Below the pieces are notes generated by a model. That model made no database searches and was not told the DNA's origin. It saw nothing but the letters and a program-made list of their open reading frames with translations. The position numbers were made by a program, and so were the translations under genes. Of a DNA stretch of 64,000 bases, positions 38,701-52,305 are shown one piece after another. How positions within the stretch are numbered: position 1 is the first letter of the stretch; each line of letters starts with the position of its first letter. This stretch comes from Isurus oxyrinchus (Eukaryota). The DNA lies in the NCBI GenBank assembly GCA_026770705.1, contig JANJGN010000016.1, positions 86,676,001 to 86,740,000 of the forward strand, in the 5' to 3' direction.

Positions 38701-41700
38701 GACCCACCCTATCCACTCACCGCCCACCTGCCACCCTAACCACTTGCCCAATTACCTGATGCTCTACCCCCAGCCCACCTGCCTGACACCCTATCCACTC
38801 ACCGCCCACCTGCCACCCTATCCTCTCGCCCACATACCTACCACCCTATCCCCTTACCCACTTACCTGACACCCTACCCCCTCACCCACTTACCTGACAC
38901 TCTACCCCCTCACCCACTTACCTGACACCCTACCCCCTCACCCACTTACCTGACACTCTACCCCCTCACCCACTTACCTGACACCCTACCCCCTCACCCA
39001 CTTACCTAACACCCTGCCCCCTCACCCACTAGCATGCCACCCTACCCCCTCAGCCACTTACCTGACACTCAACCCCCTCACCCACTAGCATGCCACCCTA
39101 CCCCCTCACCCACTTACCTGACACTCAACCCCCTCAGCCACTTACCTGACACTCAACCCCCTCACCCACTAGCATGCCACCCTACCCCCTCATCCACTTA
39201 CCTGACACTCTATCCCCTCATGCACTTACCTGATACCTTGCCCGTCACACACTTACCTGACACACTACCCCATCAACCACGTTCCTGACACACTACCCTC
39301 TCAACCACTTGCCACCCACCCTACAACCTCACCCAATTTCCTGACACTCTACCCTCTCATCCACTTACCTGACGCACTACCACCTCACCCACTTGCCTGT
39401 TACGCTACACCATCACCAAGTTCCCTGACATTCTACCCACTCACCCATTTTCCTGCCACCCTACCCCCTCACCACCTTGCCTGTCATGCTACGGCCTCAT
39501 CAACCTATCTGACACTCTACTCTACACACTCACCCACTTGCCTGCCACCCCACCCCTCACCAACCTGCCTGCCAACCTAACCCTGACCCATTTACCTGAC
39601 ACTCCACCCACTCACCCCATTACCTGACACACTAACCACTCACCAACTTGCCTGTCACCCTCCCCTCTCACCCACCTACCTGACACACTACCCCCTCCCC
39701 TATTTGCCTGCCATAATTCCCCCTGACCCACTTGCCTGCCACCCTATCCCCTCACCCACTTACCTGACACTCTATCCCCTATCCCACTTGCCTTACACTG
39801 AACCCTCTCACCCACTTACCTGACACCATGCCCCTCACCCAAGTACCTGGCACCCTACCCCCTTGCCCACTTGCCTGCCACCCCACCCCCTCACCCACTT
39901 ACCTGGCACTCAACCCCCTCACCCACTTGCCTGAAACCCTCCTCCCTCACCCAGGTAGTGACCCACTACCCCCTCACCTACTTGCCTGACAACCTACCCA
40001 CTTACTCACTTAACTGCCACAATACCACCTCACCCTCTTGCCTGCCATCTTCCCCCTTCACCCTCTTGCCTGCCACCTTACCCCATCACCCACTAACCTG
40101 CCACCCTAATCGCTCAACCGTTTCCCTGACACTCTAACCTCTATCCAACTTGCCTGATACTGTACCCCCTCAAGCACTTACCTGACACAATACCCCCTCA
40201 ACCACTTACCTTCCACCCTACCCCTCAAACACTTGTCAGCCACCCTACACCCTCACCCACTTTCGTGACACTCCACCCCCTCACCCACTTAACTGCCATT
40301 CTATTCCCTCACTCATTTAGCTGACTCACTACCCCCTCACCCACTAAACTGACACTCTAACCCCTCACCCACTAAACTGATACTCTAACCCCTCACCCAA
40401 TTACCTGCCACTCTACCCATGAACCCACATGCCTGCCATCCTACCCTCTGGCCAACTTACCTGCTACCCTAACCCCTCACCACTTACCTGGCACTCTACC
40501 CCCTCACCCACTTACCCACCATTCTATCACCTTGTCCACCTACCTGACACTCTACCCCCTCACCCCCTTGCCTGCTGCCCCACGCCCTCATCCACCTACC
40601 TGACATTCTACCCCCTCATCTACTTCCTTTACACACTACTCCCTCACTCATTTACCACAAACTCTACACCCTCACCCACTAACCTGACACACTCTCCCCT
40701 CACCCACTTGACTGGCACTCTGAACCCTTCACCCACATACCAGATACTCTACTCTCTCCACCACTTACCTGACACTCTACTCCCTCGCAGACAAACCTGA
40801 CACTCTACCCCCTCACCCACTTGATGCCCCATTCCTCACCCACTTACCAGATACTCTACTCTCTCTACCACTTACCTGACACTCTACCCCCTCACCCACT
40901 TGATGACCCATCCCCTCACCCACTTACCAGATACTCTACTCTCTTTACCACTGACCTGACACCCTACCCACTCACCTAAATGCTTGACACTCTACCCACT
41001 AACCCACCTATCTGACAATCTATCCCCTCACCCACTTGATGCCACTCTGACCCCTCATCCACTTACCTGCCACTCTACCCACTCAGCGACTTGCCTGCCA
41101 CCCTACCCCCTGGCCAACTTACCAACCACCCTACCCTCTCACACATTTACATGGCACCCTACCCCCTCACCCACTTACCCACCATTGTATCCCCTCGCCG
41201 ACTTGCCTGTCACACTACCCCCTCACCCACTTCACTGCCACTCTGACCCCTCATCCTCTTTCCTGCCACTCTACCCACTCACCCACCTGCCTGCCACCCT
41301 ACTCCCGGGCCAACTTACAAGCCACCCTACCCTCTCACACACTTAAATGGCACCCTACCCGCTCACACACTTAAATGGCACCCTACCCTCTCACACACTT
41401 AACTGGCACCCTACCCGCTCACACACTTGCCAGCCAACCTACCACCTCACCCACTTGCCTGACACTCAACACCCTCGCCTGCCACCCTCACCCACTTACA
41501 TGACCCAGTACCCATCATATTAGTTCCTGACAATCTACCCCTTTGCCCACTTGCCTGACACCCGACCCTTTCGCCTGCCACCCTAATCCTGACCCATTTA
41601 TGTGACACCCTACCACACCACCGCCTCGCCTGCCACCCTATCCCCTCACCCACTTACTGACACTCTGCCCCCTCACCCACTTACTGACACTCTGCCCCCT

Positions 41701-44700
41701 CGCCCAATAGCCTGACACACTAACCGCTCACCCACTTGCCTGATACTCCACACCCTCACACACTTACCTGACACTCTACCCCATCACCCACTTACCTGAC
41801 ACTCTACCCCCTCACCCACTTACCTGACAATCAACCCCCTCATCCAGTAGCATGCCACCCCATCCCCTCACCCACTTACCTGACACTCAACCCCCTCACC
41901 CATATGCCTGCCACCCTACCCGTCACACATTTACCTGACACAGTAACCCATCAACTTTCCTGACACACTACCATCTCAACCAATTGCCACCTACCCTACA
42001 CCCTCACCCAATTTCCTGACACTCTACCCCCTCATCCACTTGACTGCAACCCTACCCTCTCACTCACTTGCCTGCTACACTACCTCATCACCCATTTGCC
42101 TGCCATTCTAACCCCTAACCCACTTGTCTGCCACCCGATCGCCTCACCCACTTACCTGACGCACTACCACCTCACCCACTTGCCTGTCACACTATGCCAT
42201 CACCCAGTTGCCTGACACTCTACCCACTCACCCATTTTCCTGCCACCCTACCCCCTCACCTCCTTGCCTGTCATGCTACGGCCTCACCCACCTATCTGAC
42301 ACTCTACTCTACACACTCACACACTTGCCTGTCACGCTACACCATCACCCAGTTTCCTGAAACTCTACCCACTCACTCATTTTCCTGTTACCCTACCCCC
42401 TCACCCCCTTGCCTGTCATGCTACGGCCTCACCCACCTATCTGACACTCTACTCTACACACTCACCCACTTGCCTGTCACCCCACCCCTCACCAACCTGC
42501 CTGACAACCTAACCCTGACCCATTTACCTGACACTCCACCCACTCACCCCATTACCTGACACACTAACCACTCACCAACTTGCCTGTCACCCTCCCCTCT
42601 CACCCACCTACCTGACACACTACCCCCTCCCCTATTTGCCTGCCATAATTCCCCCTGACCCACTTACCTGCCACCCAATCTCCTCACCCACTAGCATGCT
42701 ACCCTACCCCCTCAGCCACTTACCTGACACTCTATCCCCTCACGCACTTACCTGATACCTTGCCCGTCACACACTTACCTGACACACTACCCCATCAACC
42801 ACTTTCCTGACACACTACCCTCTCAACCACTTGCCACCCACCCTACAACCTCACCCAATTTCCTGACACTCTACCCTCTCATCCACTTACCTGACGCACT
42901 ACCACCTCACCCACTTGCCTGTTACGCTACACCATCACCAAGTTTCCTGACATTCTACCCACTCACCCATTTTCCTGCCACCCTACCCCCTCACCACCTT
43001 GCCTGTCATGCTACGGCCTCATCAACCTATCTGACACTCTACTCTACACACTCACCCACTTGCCTGCCACCCCACCCCTCACCAACCTGCCTGCCAACCT
43101 AACCCTGACCCATTTACCTGACACTCCACCCACTCACCCCATTACCTGACACACTAACCACTCACCAACTTGCCTGTCACCCTCCCCTCTCACCCACCTA
43201 CCTGACACACTAGCCCCTCCCCTATTTGCCTGCCATAATTCCCCCTGACCCACTTGCCTGCCACCCAATCTCCTCACCCACTTACCTGACCTGCAAGCCC
43301 CTCACCTACCTTTCTGACACCCTACCACCTCACTCATTTGCCTGACGCCTTATCCCTCACCCACTTGCCTGCCACCCTATCTCCTCACCCACTTGCCTGC
43401 TATGCTACCCGCTCACCCATTTTCCTGCCACCCCACCCCCTGACCAACCTGCCTGCCAACCTAACCCTGACCCATTTACCTGACACTCCACCCCCTCACC
43501 CAATTACCTGACACCCAAACCCCCATCCACTTACATGCCACTCTACTCCCTCATCCACTTAAACACCACTCTATCCCCTTGCCCACATGCCTGCCACACT
43601 ACACCCTCACCTACCTATCTGACACTCTACCCCTCACCCACTTGCGTGCCAACCCACCCCCTTACCAACCTGCCTGCCAACCTAACCCTGACCCATTTAC
43701 CTGACACTCTACCCCCTCACCCAATTACCTGACATTCTATCCCCTCACCAAGCTGTCTGTCACCCTCCCCTCTCATCCACTTACCTAACCCACTAACCCC
43801 TCATGCACTTACCTGACACTATACCAACTCACCCACTTACCTGACACACTACCCCCTCTCCCACTTGCCTGCCCCCCGACACACTTGCCTGCCACCCTAA
43901 CTCCTCACCCACTTACCTGAAACTCAAGCCCCTCACCCACTTGCCTGCCACCCTAACTCCTCACCCACTTACCTGACATTCTATTCTCTATCCCATCTGC
44001 CTTACACTGAACCCTCTCACCCACTTACCTGTCACCATGCCCCTCACCCAACTACATGACACGCTACCCCTCACCCACTTACCTGATACTCTATAACCTC
44101 ACATACTTACCTGACACTCTAGCCCCTCACCCATTTTCCTGTCGCCCTACCCCCGTATCCATCTACCTGACACTCTACCCACTCAACCACCCACCTGGCA
44201 CTCTACCCACTCGCCCAATTGCCTGACTCTTAACCGCTCAACCACTTACCTGACTCTCAACCCCCTCACCCACTTGTGTGCCACCCTAACCCCTCATCCA
44301 CTTACCTGACAATCTATCCCCTCACAGACTTACCTGTTACTCTGCCTCTCACCCATTACCTGACACACTACCCAGTAAACCAATTGCCTGACTCCCTACC
44401 CTCTCAACCACTTGCCACCCACTCTATACCCTCACATAATTTCCTGACACTCTACCCCATCATCTACTTGCCTGCCAACCTACCCCCTTACCCACTTGAC
44501 TGCCACCCTACCCCCTCACTCACTTGCCTGCTACACTAACCCCTCAACCATTTGCCAGGCATTCTAACCCCTCACCCACTTGACTGCCACCCTATCACCT
44601 CACCCACTTACCTGTCACACTACCCCCTCACCCACTTGCCTGCCATCCTACCCTCTCACCCACTTGCCTGTCATGCTACACCCTCACAGACTTGTCTGTC

Positions 44701-47558
44701 ATGCTACGGCCTCACCCTCCTATCTGACACTCTACTCTACCCCCTCACCCACTTGCCTGCCACCCCACCCCCTAAACAACCTGCTTGCCAACCTAACCCT
44801 CATCCATTTACCTGACACTCTCCACACTCACCCAATTACCTGACACACTACCCACTCACCAAATTGCCTGTCACCCTCCCCTCTCACCCACCTACCTGAT
44901 ACACTACCCCCTCCCACACTTGCCTGCCATAATTCCCCCTGACCCACTTGCCTGCCACCCTACCCCCTCAACCACTTACCTGACACTCTATCCCCTATTC
45001 CACTTGCCTTCCACTGAACCCTCTCACGCACTTACCTGACACCATGCCCCTCACCCAAGTACCTGGCACCCTACCCCCTCACCCACTTACCTGACAGCAT
45101 GCCCCTTACCCAAGTACCTGGCACCCTACCCCTTGCCCACTTGCCTGCCACCCTTTTGCCTCACCCACTTACCTGATACTCTATCTCCTCACATACTTGC
45201 CTGACATTCTACCCCCTCACCAATTTTCCTGTTGCCCTACCCCCTCATCCAGCTACCTGACACTCTACCCCCTCAACCACCCACCTGGCACTCTACCCAC
45301 TCACCCAATTGTCTGACTCTTAACCTCTCAACCAATTACCGGACACTCAACCCCCTCACCCATTTGAATGCCACCCTACCCCCTCAAACACTTGCCAGCC
45401 ACCGTACAACCTAACACAATTTCCTGACACTCTACCCCTCTGCCACTTGCCTGCCACCCTATGCCCCCCATCCACTTGCCTGCCACCCAACCCCCTCACC
45501 CACTTTCCTGTCCCCTACTGCCTCATCCACTTGCCTGACATTCTACCCCCTCCCCCAACGGCCTGCCACCCTACCCATCACCCACATACCTGATACTCTA
45601 CCCCCTCATCCTCTTACCTGACACTCTACCACTTCAACCACTTACCTGACACACTAACAACTCACTTATTAAACTTACACTTTACCCCCTCACGCACTTG
45701 CCTGACAATCTACCCCATTGCCCACTTGCCTGACACTCATCCCTCCCTCCCACTTGCCTGACAATCTACCCCCTCACCCACTTACCTGACAATCTAACCC
45801 CTCGCCCACTTGCTTTACACTCTACCTACTCAGCCACTTGCCTGCCACCCCACCCCCTGGCTAACTCACCTGTCACCTTACCCACTCACCCAATTTCCTG
45901 ACACACTACCCACTCACCCAATTACCTGACACCCTCGCCCCTCATCCACTTACCTAACTCACTACCCCCTCACCCACTTACCTGAAACTCTAACCCCTTC
46001 ACCACTTGCCTGACACTCTACCCCCCTCCCCCTCTTGCCTGACACCCTACCCACTCAACCACTTGTCACCCACCCTACACCCTCACCCACTTTCCTGAAA
46101 CTTTAACCCCTCACCCACTTGCCTGCCATCCTATCGCCTCACCCACTTACCTGACACACTAGCCCGTCACTCCCTAACCTGACACGCTACTCCTTCACAC
46201 ACTTCCCTGAACATTACCCACTTACCCACTTGCCTGAAACTCTACCCCCTTGCCCACTTACCTGACACTCTTCCCTCCCTCCCACTTGCCTGACTCTCTA
46301 CCCCCTTGCTCACTTGCCTGACACTCTAATCCCTCACCACTTACTTGACACTCTACCCCCTCACCCACATTCATACCGCCCTACACCCTCGCATACTTAT
46401 CGAGACACACTACCCCTTCACACACTTTCCTGTCACCCGACCCTATCACCCACTTACCTGAAAATCTACCCCCTCACCTATCTGCCTGACAATCGATCCA
46501 TTCACCCACTTGCCTGCTACACTACCCCATCACAAACTTACCTGTCAACATACCCCCTCACACACTTACCTGACACACGACCCTCTCAACCATTTGCCAG
46601 CCACCCTACAACCTAACCCAATGTCCTGACACTCTGCCCCCTCTCCCACTTGCCTGCCACCCCACCACCTGATCCACATTCCTGCCACCCTACTGCCTCA
46701 TCCAGTTGCCTGACATTCTACCCCCTCACCCACTTACCTGATAATCTACCCCCTCACCCACTTTCCTGACACACTACTTCCTCATAAATGTACTTGACAT
46801 ATACCCCCTCACCCACTTACCTGCCACTCCACCCCCTCACCAATTTCCTGACACTCTACCTCATCTTTCACTTGCCTGTCACCCTACTTACTCACCAACT
46901 TGTCTGTCACACTTCCACCTCACCCACTTGCCTGACACTCTACCCCCTCAGCAGCTTACCTGACACAGTACACCCTCACCTTCGTTCCTGACAATCTACC
47001 CCCTCACCCACTTGCCTGACATACTACCCCCCCACCCAGTTGCCTGTCCTGCTACGCCCTCACCCACTTGCTAGATACACTACCCCCGCACCCACCCACC
47101 TTACATTCTACCCCCTCCCCCACCCACCTGACACACTAACCCCTCGCCCACTTACCTGGGACTCTACCCCCTCGCCCAATTACCTGACACTCTGCCCCTT
47201 CACCCACTTGCTTAACATTTCACCCCCTCACCCACTTACCTGACACTCTGTCCCTTCACCCACTTACCTGCCACTCTACCCCCTCACCCACTTACCTGAC
47301 ACTCTGTCCCTTCACCCACTTACCTGCCACTCTACCCCCTCACCCACTTACCTGACACTTTACCCACTCACCCACTTACCTGACACTCTACCCCCTCACC
47401 CACTTACTTGACACTCTACCCCCTCACAAACTTACCTGACACTCTACCCCCTCACCCACCTACTTGACACTTTACCCCCTCACCCATTTACCTGACACTC
47501 TATCCACTCACCCACTTACTTGACACTCTACACCCTCGCACACTTACTTGACACTCTA
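38700..47558. repeat. Degenerate 28-bp C-rich tandem array (~9 kb), consensus CACCCACTTACCTGACACTCTACCCCCT
   Basis: Units start at 38883 and 38911 (period 28); extreme strand asymmetry; internal block duplications. Confidence 0.95.
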
Positions 47559-47559
47559 C

Positions 47560-47890
47560 AGCGCAGGTGAGTATAGAAATAGGAGGTTAGTCCAGATGAA
47601 CGTGTGGATGGAGAGGTGGAGCAGGAGGGAGGGTTTTAGATTTATGGGACATTGGGACAGTTTCTGGGTCGATGGGACCTGTAACAAGGTGGATGGGTTG
47701 CACCTGAACCGAAATGGGTCCAACATCCTTGCGGGGGTTTTGCTAGTGCTGTTGGGGAGAGTTTAAACTAACTTGGCAGGGGGTTGGGATCCTGAGATTA
47801 GATTCAGCAAGGGGAGATGCACAGCCAAATTTCGAAGAGAGAGCAAGTGAATCACGAAGGCATAGAAATTATAGGCCAGTTAAGACACAA
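47560..47890 (+). mobile_element. CR1 ORF1 (SGNH esterase-like) fragment
   Basis: RNRRLVQMNVWMERWSRREGFRFMGHWDSFW...DGLHLNRNGSNILAG. Confidence 0.85.
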
Positions 47891-47894
47891 GGGA

Positions 47895-49135
47895 CAAAAA
47901 CATTAATTCCTGGAAAAACTCAGCAGGTCTGACAGCATCTGCAGAGAGGAATACAGTCAATGTTTCAAGTCCACATGACTCTTCATCAGAGCTAACGAAA
48001 TAGAGAAATGAGGTGAAATATAAGCTGGTAGAGGGGGGTGGGGGGCACAGGTAGAGCTGGATAGGGGGCCAGTGATAGGCGGAGGCAAAGAAGAGATTGC
48101 CAAAGATGTCATAGACAAAAGGACAAAGGGGGGTTGATGTTGGTGTTATTACCTAAGGAATGTGCTAATGGGGACATTAAGAGTAGCAAGCAGGACAAGC
48201 TAGTGGCAGATGGCCCTAGTGGGGGTGGGGTGTGGGGAGGGGATGGAAATGGGCTCAAAGGTGGAGATAAAACAATAGATCGAAATAAATTTAAAAATAG
48301 GTGGGAAAAGAAAAATATAAACTTTTTTAAATTATAAATTATTGGAAAAAGGGGGGTCGGAAAGGGGGTGGGGATGGAGGAGAGAGTTCATGATCTGAAA
48401 TTGTTGAACTCAATATTCAGTCCGAAAGGCTGTAAAGTGCCTGGTCGGAAGATGAGGTGCTGTTCCTCCAGTTTGCAATGAGCGTCACTGGAACATTGCA
48501 GCAGGCCAAGGATGGACATGTGGACATGAGAGCAGGGTGGTGCATTGAAATGGCAAGCGACAGGGAGGTCTGGGTCATGTCTGCTGACAGACCGAAGGTG
48601 TTCTGCAAAATGGTCACCCAGTCTGCGTTTGGTCTCTCCAATGTAGAGGAGACCGCATTGGGAGCAGCGAATGCAGGAGACCAAATTGAGGGAAGTGCAA
48701 GTGAAATGTGCTTCACTTGAAAGGAATGTTTGGGCCCTTGGACAGTGAGGAGGGGGGAAGTAAAGGGGCAGGTGTTGCACCTTCTATGGTTACATGAGAA
48801 GGTGCCGTGTGGGGGGATTGAGGTGTTGGGGGTGATGGAAAAGTGGACCAGGGTGTCCCAGGGGGAATGATCCCTACGGAATGCCGCTGTGGTGGGGGGG
48901 GTGAAGGGAAGATGTGTTAGGTGCTGGAGTTGGTGGAAATTGCGGAGGATGATCCTTTGAATGCGGAGGCTGGTGGGGTGATAAGTGTGGACAAGGTGGA
49001 CCCTATCATGTTTCTGGGAGGGAGGAGAAGGCGTGAGGGCGGATGTGCAGGAGATGGGCCGGACACGGTTGAGGGCCCTGTCAACCACTGTGTGTGGAAA
49101 ACCTTGGTTAAGGAAGAAGGAAGACATGTCAGAGG
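47895..49135 (-). mobile_element. Penelope-like element, 3' part with GIY-YIG endonuclease (frameshifted) and pseudo-LTR
   Basis: FTCTSLNLVSCIRCSQCGLLYIGETKRRLGDHFAEHLRSV...GTLQPFGLNIEF; upstream MSSFFLNQGFP...TYHPTSLRIQRIILRNF. Confidence 0.93.
47953..47994 (-). ncRNA. Degenerate minimal hammerhead ribozyme motif in the Penelope pseudo-LTR
   Basis: Minus strand reads CUGAUGA-A-GAGUC-AUGUG-GACUU-GAAAC (catalytic core boxes plus stem II). Stems I and III look decayed. Confidence 0.6.
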
Positions 49136-49894
49136 CTTGTGTACCAGTAGGTCCTGCATAGATTGAGATAGAGAGAATGTTAGCAGAATGCCTGCCAGGT
49201 CAGATGATAAGGTCTGTGTGGGTGGTGAGTGGTGCCATGGACAGGATGAGGACAATGACGGTGAGTGTGAGAGACTGAATGGTGATGTCCCTTGAACAGG
49301 CAGTGAGTGAGGGCCCTGTGGGTGTGTGATGGGTTTGTGAGTGTGTGAGTTGAGAGTGATGAGAAGAGGAACATACCCTGGCGGAACGGAGGAGATTATT
49401 CATCCTCTTGTGGCACTGGGTTGCTGTCCTCTTTTGCAGGGCATTGGCACTGACCACCGCTGCTACCACCTCCCATGCTGGATTGGAGAGCTTGCTCACT
49501 GGTCTTCTCCAGAGGAGGGGTAAAGGGCATCATGTTGGGCCTCCACTGTGTCCAGTAGGTTCTCAAGGGAGGTGTCAGTAAATTTGGGGGCAGCATGTTT
49601 CCTCCCTTTAGCAGCCATCAGTTCCCAGCAGCTTCCTATCCCGTGAAGAGTGCGAGCTCTGTGCAGGGGCAGCCTTTAAATATGGCGGCCGGATTACTGA
49701 AGGCCTGAGGTGATGGTAGATCAGGCGAATCAGAGGCCGCTCCACCAGAGGCCCGATGTTTCCCGAGAATACGCTGTTCCTGAGCCGGGATGTGCCGGGA
49801 AGGGGACGATACAGTGTGAAAAACCGCCAATGCAGCCAGAGGGTAAAACGTCCTTTTTCCCACCCGTTCCAGCACTTAGTGAAAATCTGGGCCC
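49136..49894 (-). mobile_element. Harbinger-like DNA transposon remnant
   Basis: Contains the Myb/SANT exon. TIR-like end GGGCCCAGATTTTCAC (minus strand) at 49894. Confidence 0.65.
49377..49618 (-). pseudogene. PIF/Harbinger Myb/SANT-like DNA-binding ORF exon (NAIF1-like), frameshifted
   Basis: MAAKGRKHAAPKFTDTSLENLLDTVEAQHDALYPSSG, frameshift, SNPAWEVVAAVVSANALQKRTATQCHKRMNNLLRSAR, then a GTATGT splice donor. Confidence 0.8.
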
Positions 49895-49899
49895 GATCC

Positions 49900-50020
49900 G
49901 CCCTCTTTGACCAATCTTTTAGTCATCTGGACCAACATCTCCTTATTTGTCTCGGTGACATATTTTGTTTTCTAAAGCTCCTGTGTGACATTTCATGTTA
50001 AAGGAACTTTATAATGGAAG
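49900..50020 (+). mobile_element. L2 3' tail
   Basis: ctctttgaccaatcttttagtcatctg...ctccttatttgtctcggtg...ctcctgtg...gttaaagg; similar to the L2 end at 38208-38236. Confidence 0.6.
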
Positions 50021-50429
50021 ATTTAAGGGTTTTGAGGAATAAAATCCTTCTCATTAAAATTCCTAAGTTCCGAATGCTTAATTTCTAACACGTGTGTCCT
50101 CAGTTGTGCCAGGCCTAAGGAGGGATGAATAATTAGTATTTATGTATCACTTCAAATTTATTAAGCAAGATTTATGTAAACTTTACAAAAACACAGTGAA
50201 GACAACATGGAAATCTCTTCTCCCTCCAGTTCCTAGGAGTCCTTGAGCGTTGCCAGGACAGGCGATGTCTTTCCCTTCTCTGTCTTTGAAGTGATGTTGG
50301 ACTGTGTCAGACCCCAGAAACCATGGAAACACTGGGCTAACAACAATTTCAATTTTCCAACTTTTATCCCCACTCCTCATTATTCCGCATTCCCTTATTT
50401 GGAAATATTCCAAATATTTCTTCATTCTT

Positions 50430-50945
50430 TTACGAGATGTGGGTGTCCCTGATCAGGTGAGCTCTTATTGCCCATCCCTAATTGCCCCTTGAGAAGGTGG
50501 TGGTGAGCTGCCGTCTTGAACTGCTTCAGTCCCTGTGGTGTAGGTACACCCACAGTGCTGTTAGGGAGGGAGTTCCAGGAATTTGACCCAGCGACAGTGA
50601 AGGAACGGTGATATATTTCCAAGTCAGGATGTCGAGCGACTTGTAGGGGAACTTCCAGATGGTGATGCACCCATCTATCTGGTGCTCATGTCCTTCTAGA
50701 TGGTCATGGGTTTGGAAGGTGCTGCTCACGCAGCCTTGGTGAGTTTCTGCAGTGCATCTTGTAGATGGTACACACTGCTGCTACTGTGCGTCGGTGTTGG
50801 AGGGAGTGAATGTTTGTGGAAGGGGTGCCAATCAGGCGGCTGCTTTGTCCGGGATGGAGTCCAGCTTCTTGAGTATTGTTGGAGTTCCAATCATCCAGGC
50901 AAGTGGAGAGTCTTCCATCAAACTCCTGACTCTGCCTTGTAGATT
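50430..50945 (-). mobile_element. CR1-clade LINE 3' end (same family as 33765-34735)
   Basis: ILTWKYITVPSLSLGQIPGTPSLTALWVYLHHRD / SWNSLPNSTVGVPTPQGLKQFKTAAHHHLLKG; shares atccaggcaagtggagag with 33804-33821. Confidence 0.85.
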
Positions 50946-51604
50946 ATAAATTCACCTTTTCCATTGGTTTATGCTGTGAATCACCTCGTGTGACCCCACC
51001 TCTGGAAGGAGAGCCATGTGGGCTAAAGACAAATGTCCATCCCTTGTTTCCTGGGAGACCAGAGTTTACATTTCACTGTGAACTTTTTAACCATTCCTTC
51101 AAACCTGGGGCTGCTGAATCCAGACTCTGAGGCAACGGAAAGTCAGAAAACAATGAAGTGTATTTTCCCACCAGTAACTGTCTCCCTGTAACGTACCCCA
51201 ACAGCCTTGACTGCCGAGTGTCTCACCAACAGAAATTCAGCCTGAACCATTCAATTTAAAATGTGCTCAACAATAAAATCCATTGATGTTACAGACCAAC
51301 AACAAACCCTAAACATTAGGAGAATTATCAAAATTTACCATAAATAGAATTTGTAGTTGGGCATTCACTCTTCACTCGGAACACTGGAGTTGTTCCAGCT
51401 GGTGGGATCATGCTGTGCACTCTGTGCTGACTGCTGGGTAATGCCTGAAATGAGCTCGGGGGAATCTCAGGTCTCGAGGACACAGTCACAATGTTCATTT
51501 CTCTCTCCTTAACCCGGGGTTCATGATAACAGCACAAAACTGACCCGAGTGAGGACTCAGATTACAGAGAGGAGCAGTCAGGATATCACAATGTACATGA
51601 CCCT

Positions 51605-52305
51605 GTGTGTGCGTGTGACTATGACCCAGTACTGTCTGTAGGTGTGTGTCTCTGAGTGTGGGTGTGTTACCCAGTACTGTCTGTAGGTGTGTGTCTCTAA
51701 GTGTGGGTGTGTTACCTAGTACTGTCTATAGGTGTGTGTCTCTGTGTGTGGGTGTGTTACCCAGTACTGCCTGTAGGTGTGTGTCTCTGTGTGTGCATGT
51801 GACTATGACCCAGTACTGTCTGTAGGTGTGTGTCTCTGTGTGTGAGTGTGTTACCCAGTACTGCCTGTAGATGTGTGTCTCTGTGTGTGGGTGTGTTACC
51901 CAGTACTATCTGTAGGTGTGTGTCTCTGAGTGTGGGTGTGCTACCCAGTACTGTCTGTAGGTGTGTGTCTCTGAGTGTGGGTGTGACTGTTACCCAGTAC
52001 TGCCTGTAGGTGTGTGTCTCTGAGTGTGGGTGTGTTACCCAGTACTGTCTGTAGGTGTGTGTCTCTGAGTGTGGGTGTGTTACCCAGTACTGTCTGTAGG
52101 TGTGTGTCTCTGTGTGTGAGTGTGTTACCCAGTACTGCCTGTAGGTGTGTGTCTCTGAGAGTGGGTGTGTTACCCAGTACTGCCTGTAGGTGTGTGTCTC
52201 TGTGTGTGGGTGTGTTACCCAGTACTGCCTGTAGGTGTGTCTCTCTGAGTGTGGGTGTGTTACCCAGTACTGCCTGTAGGTGTGTGTCTCTGAGTGTGGG
52301 TGTGT
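51605..52305. repeat. 45-bp minisatellite (~15 copies) CCCAGTACTGTCTGTAGGTGTGTGTCTCTGAGTGTGGGTGTGTTA
   Basis: 15-aa repeat in the ORF track (HPHSETHTYRQYWVT); periodicity is visible. Confidence 0.95.

Noticed and set aside
38700-47558. U1 snRNA genes or telomeric repeat
   Set aside because: Only the 9-12 nt 5' motif matches U1, with no U1 stem-loops or Sm site. There are no (CCCTAA)n tracts.
49377-49618. Host NAIF1/MSANTD gene
   Set aside because: Frameshifted, truncated by a Penelope fragment and adjacent to a TIR-like end; best explained as a transposon relic.
50185-50230. RSS (ACAAAAACA overlapping CACAGTG at 50192)
   Set aside because: The nonamer-like sequence is on the wrong side of, and overlaps, the heptamer. 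No nonamer at 12- or 23-bp spacing and no V exon upstream.
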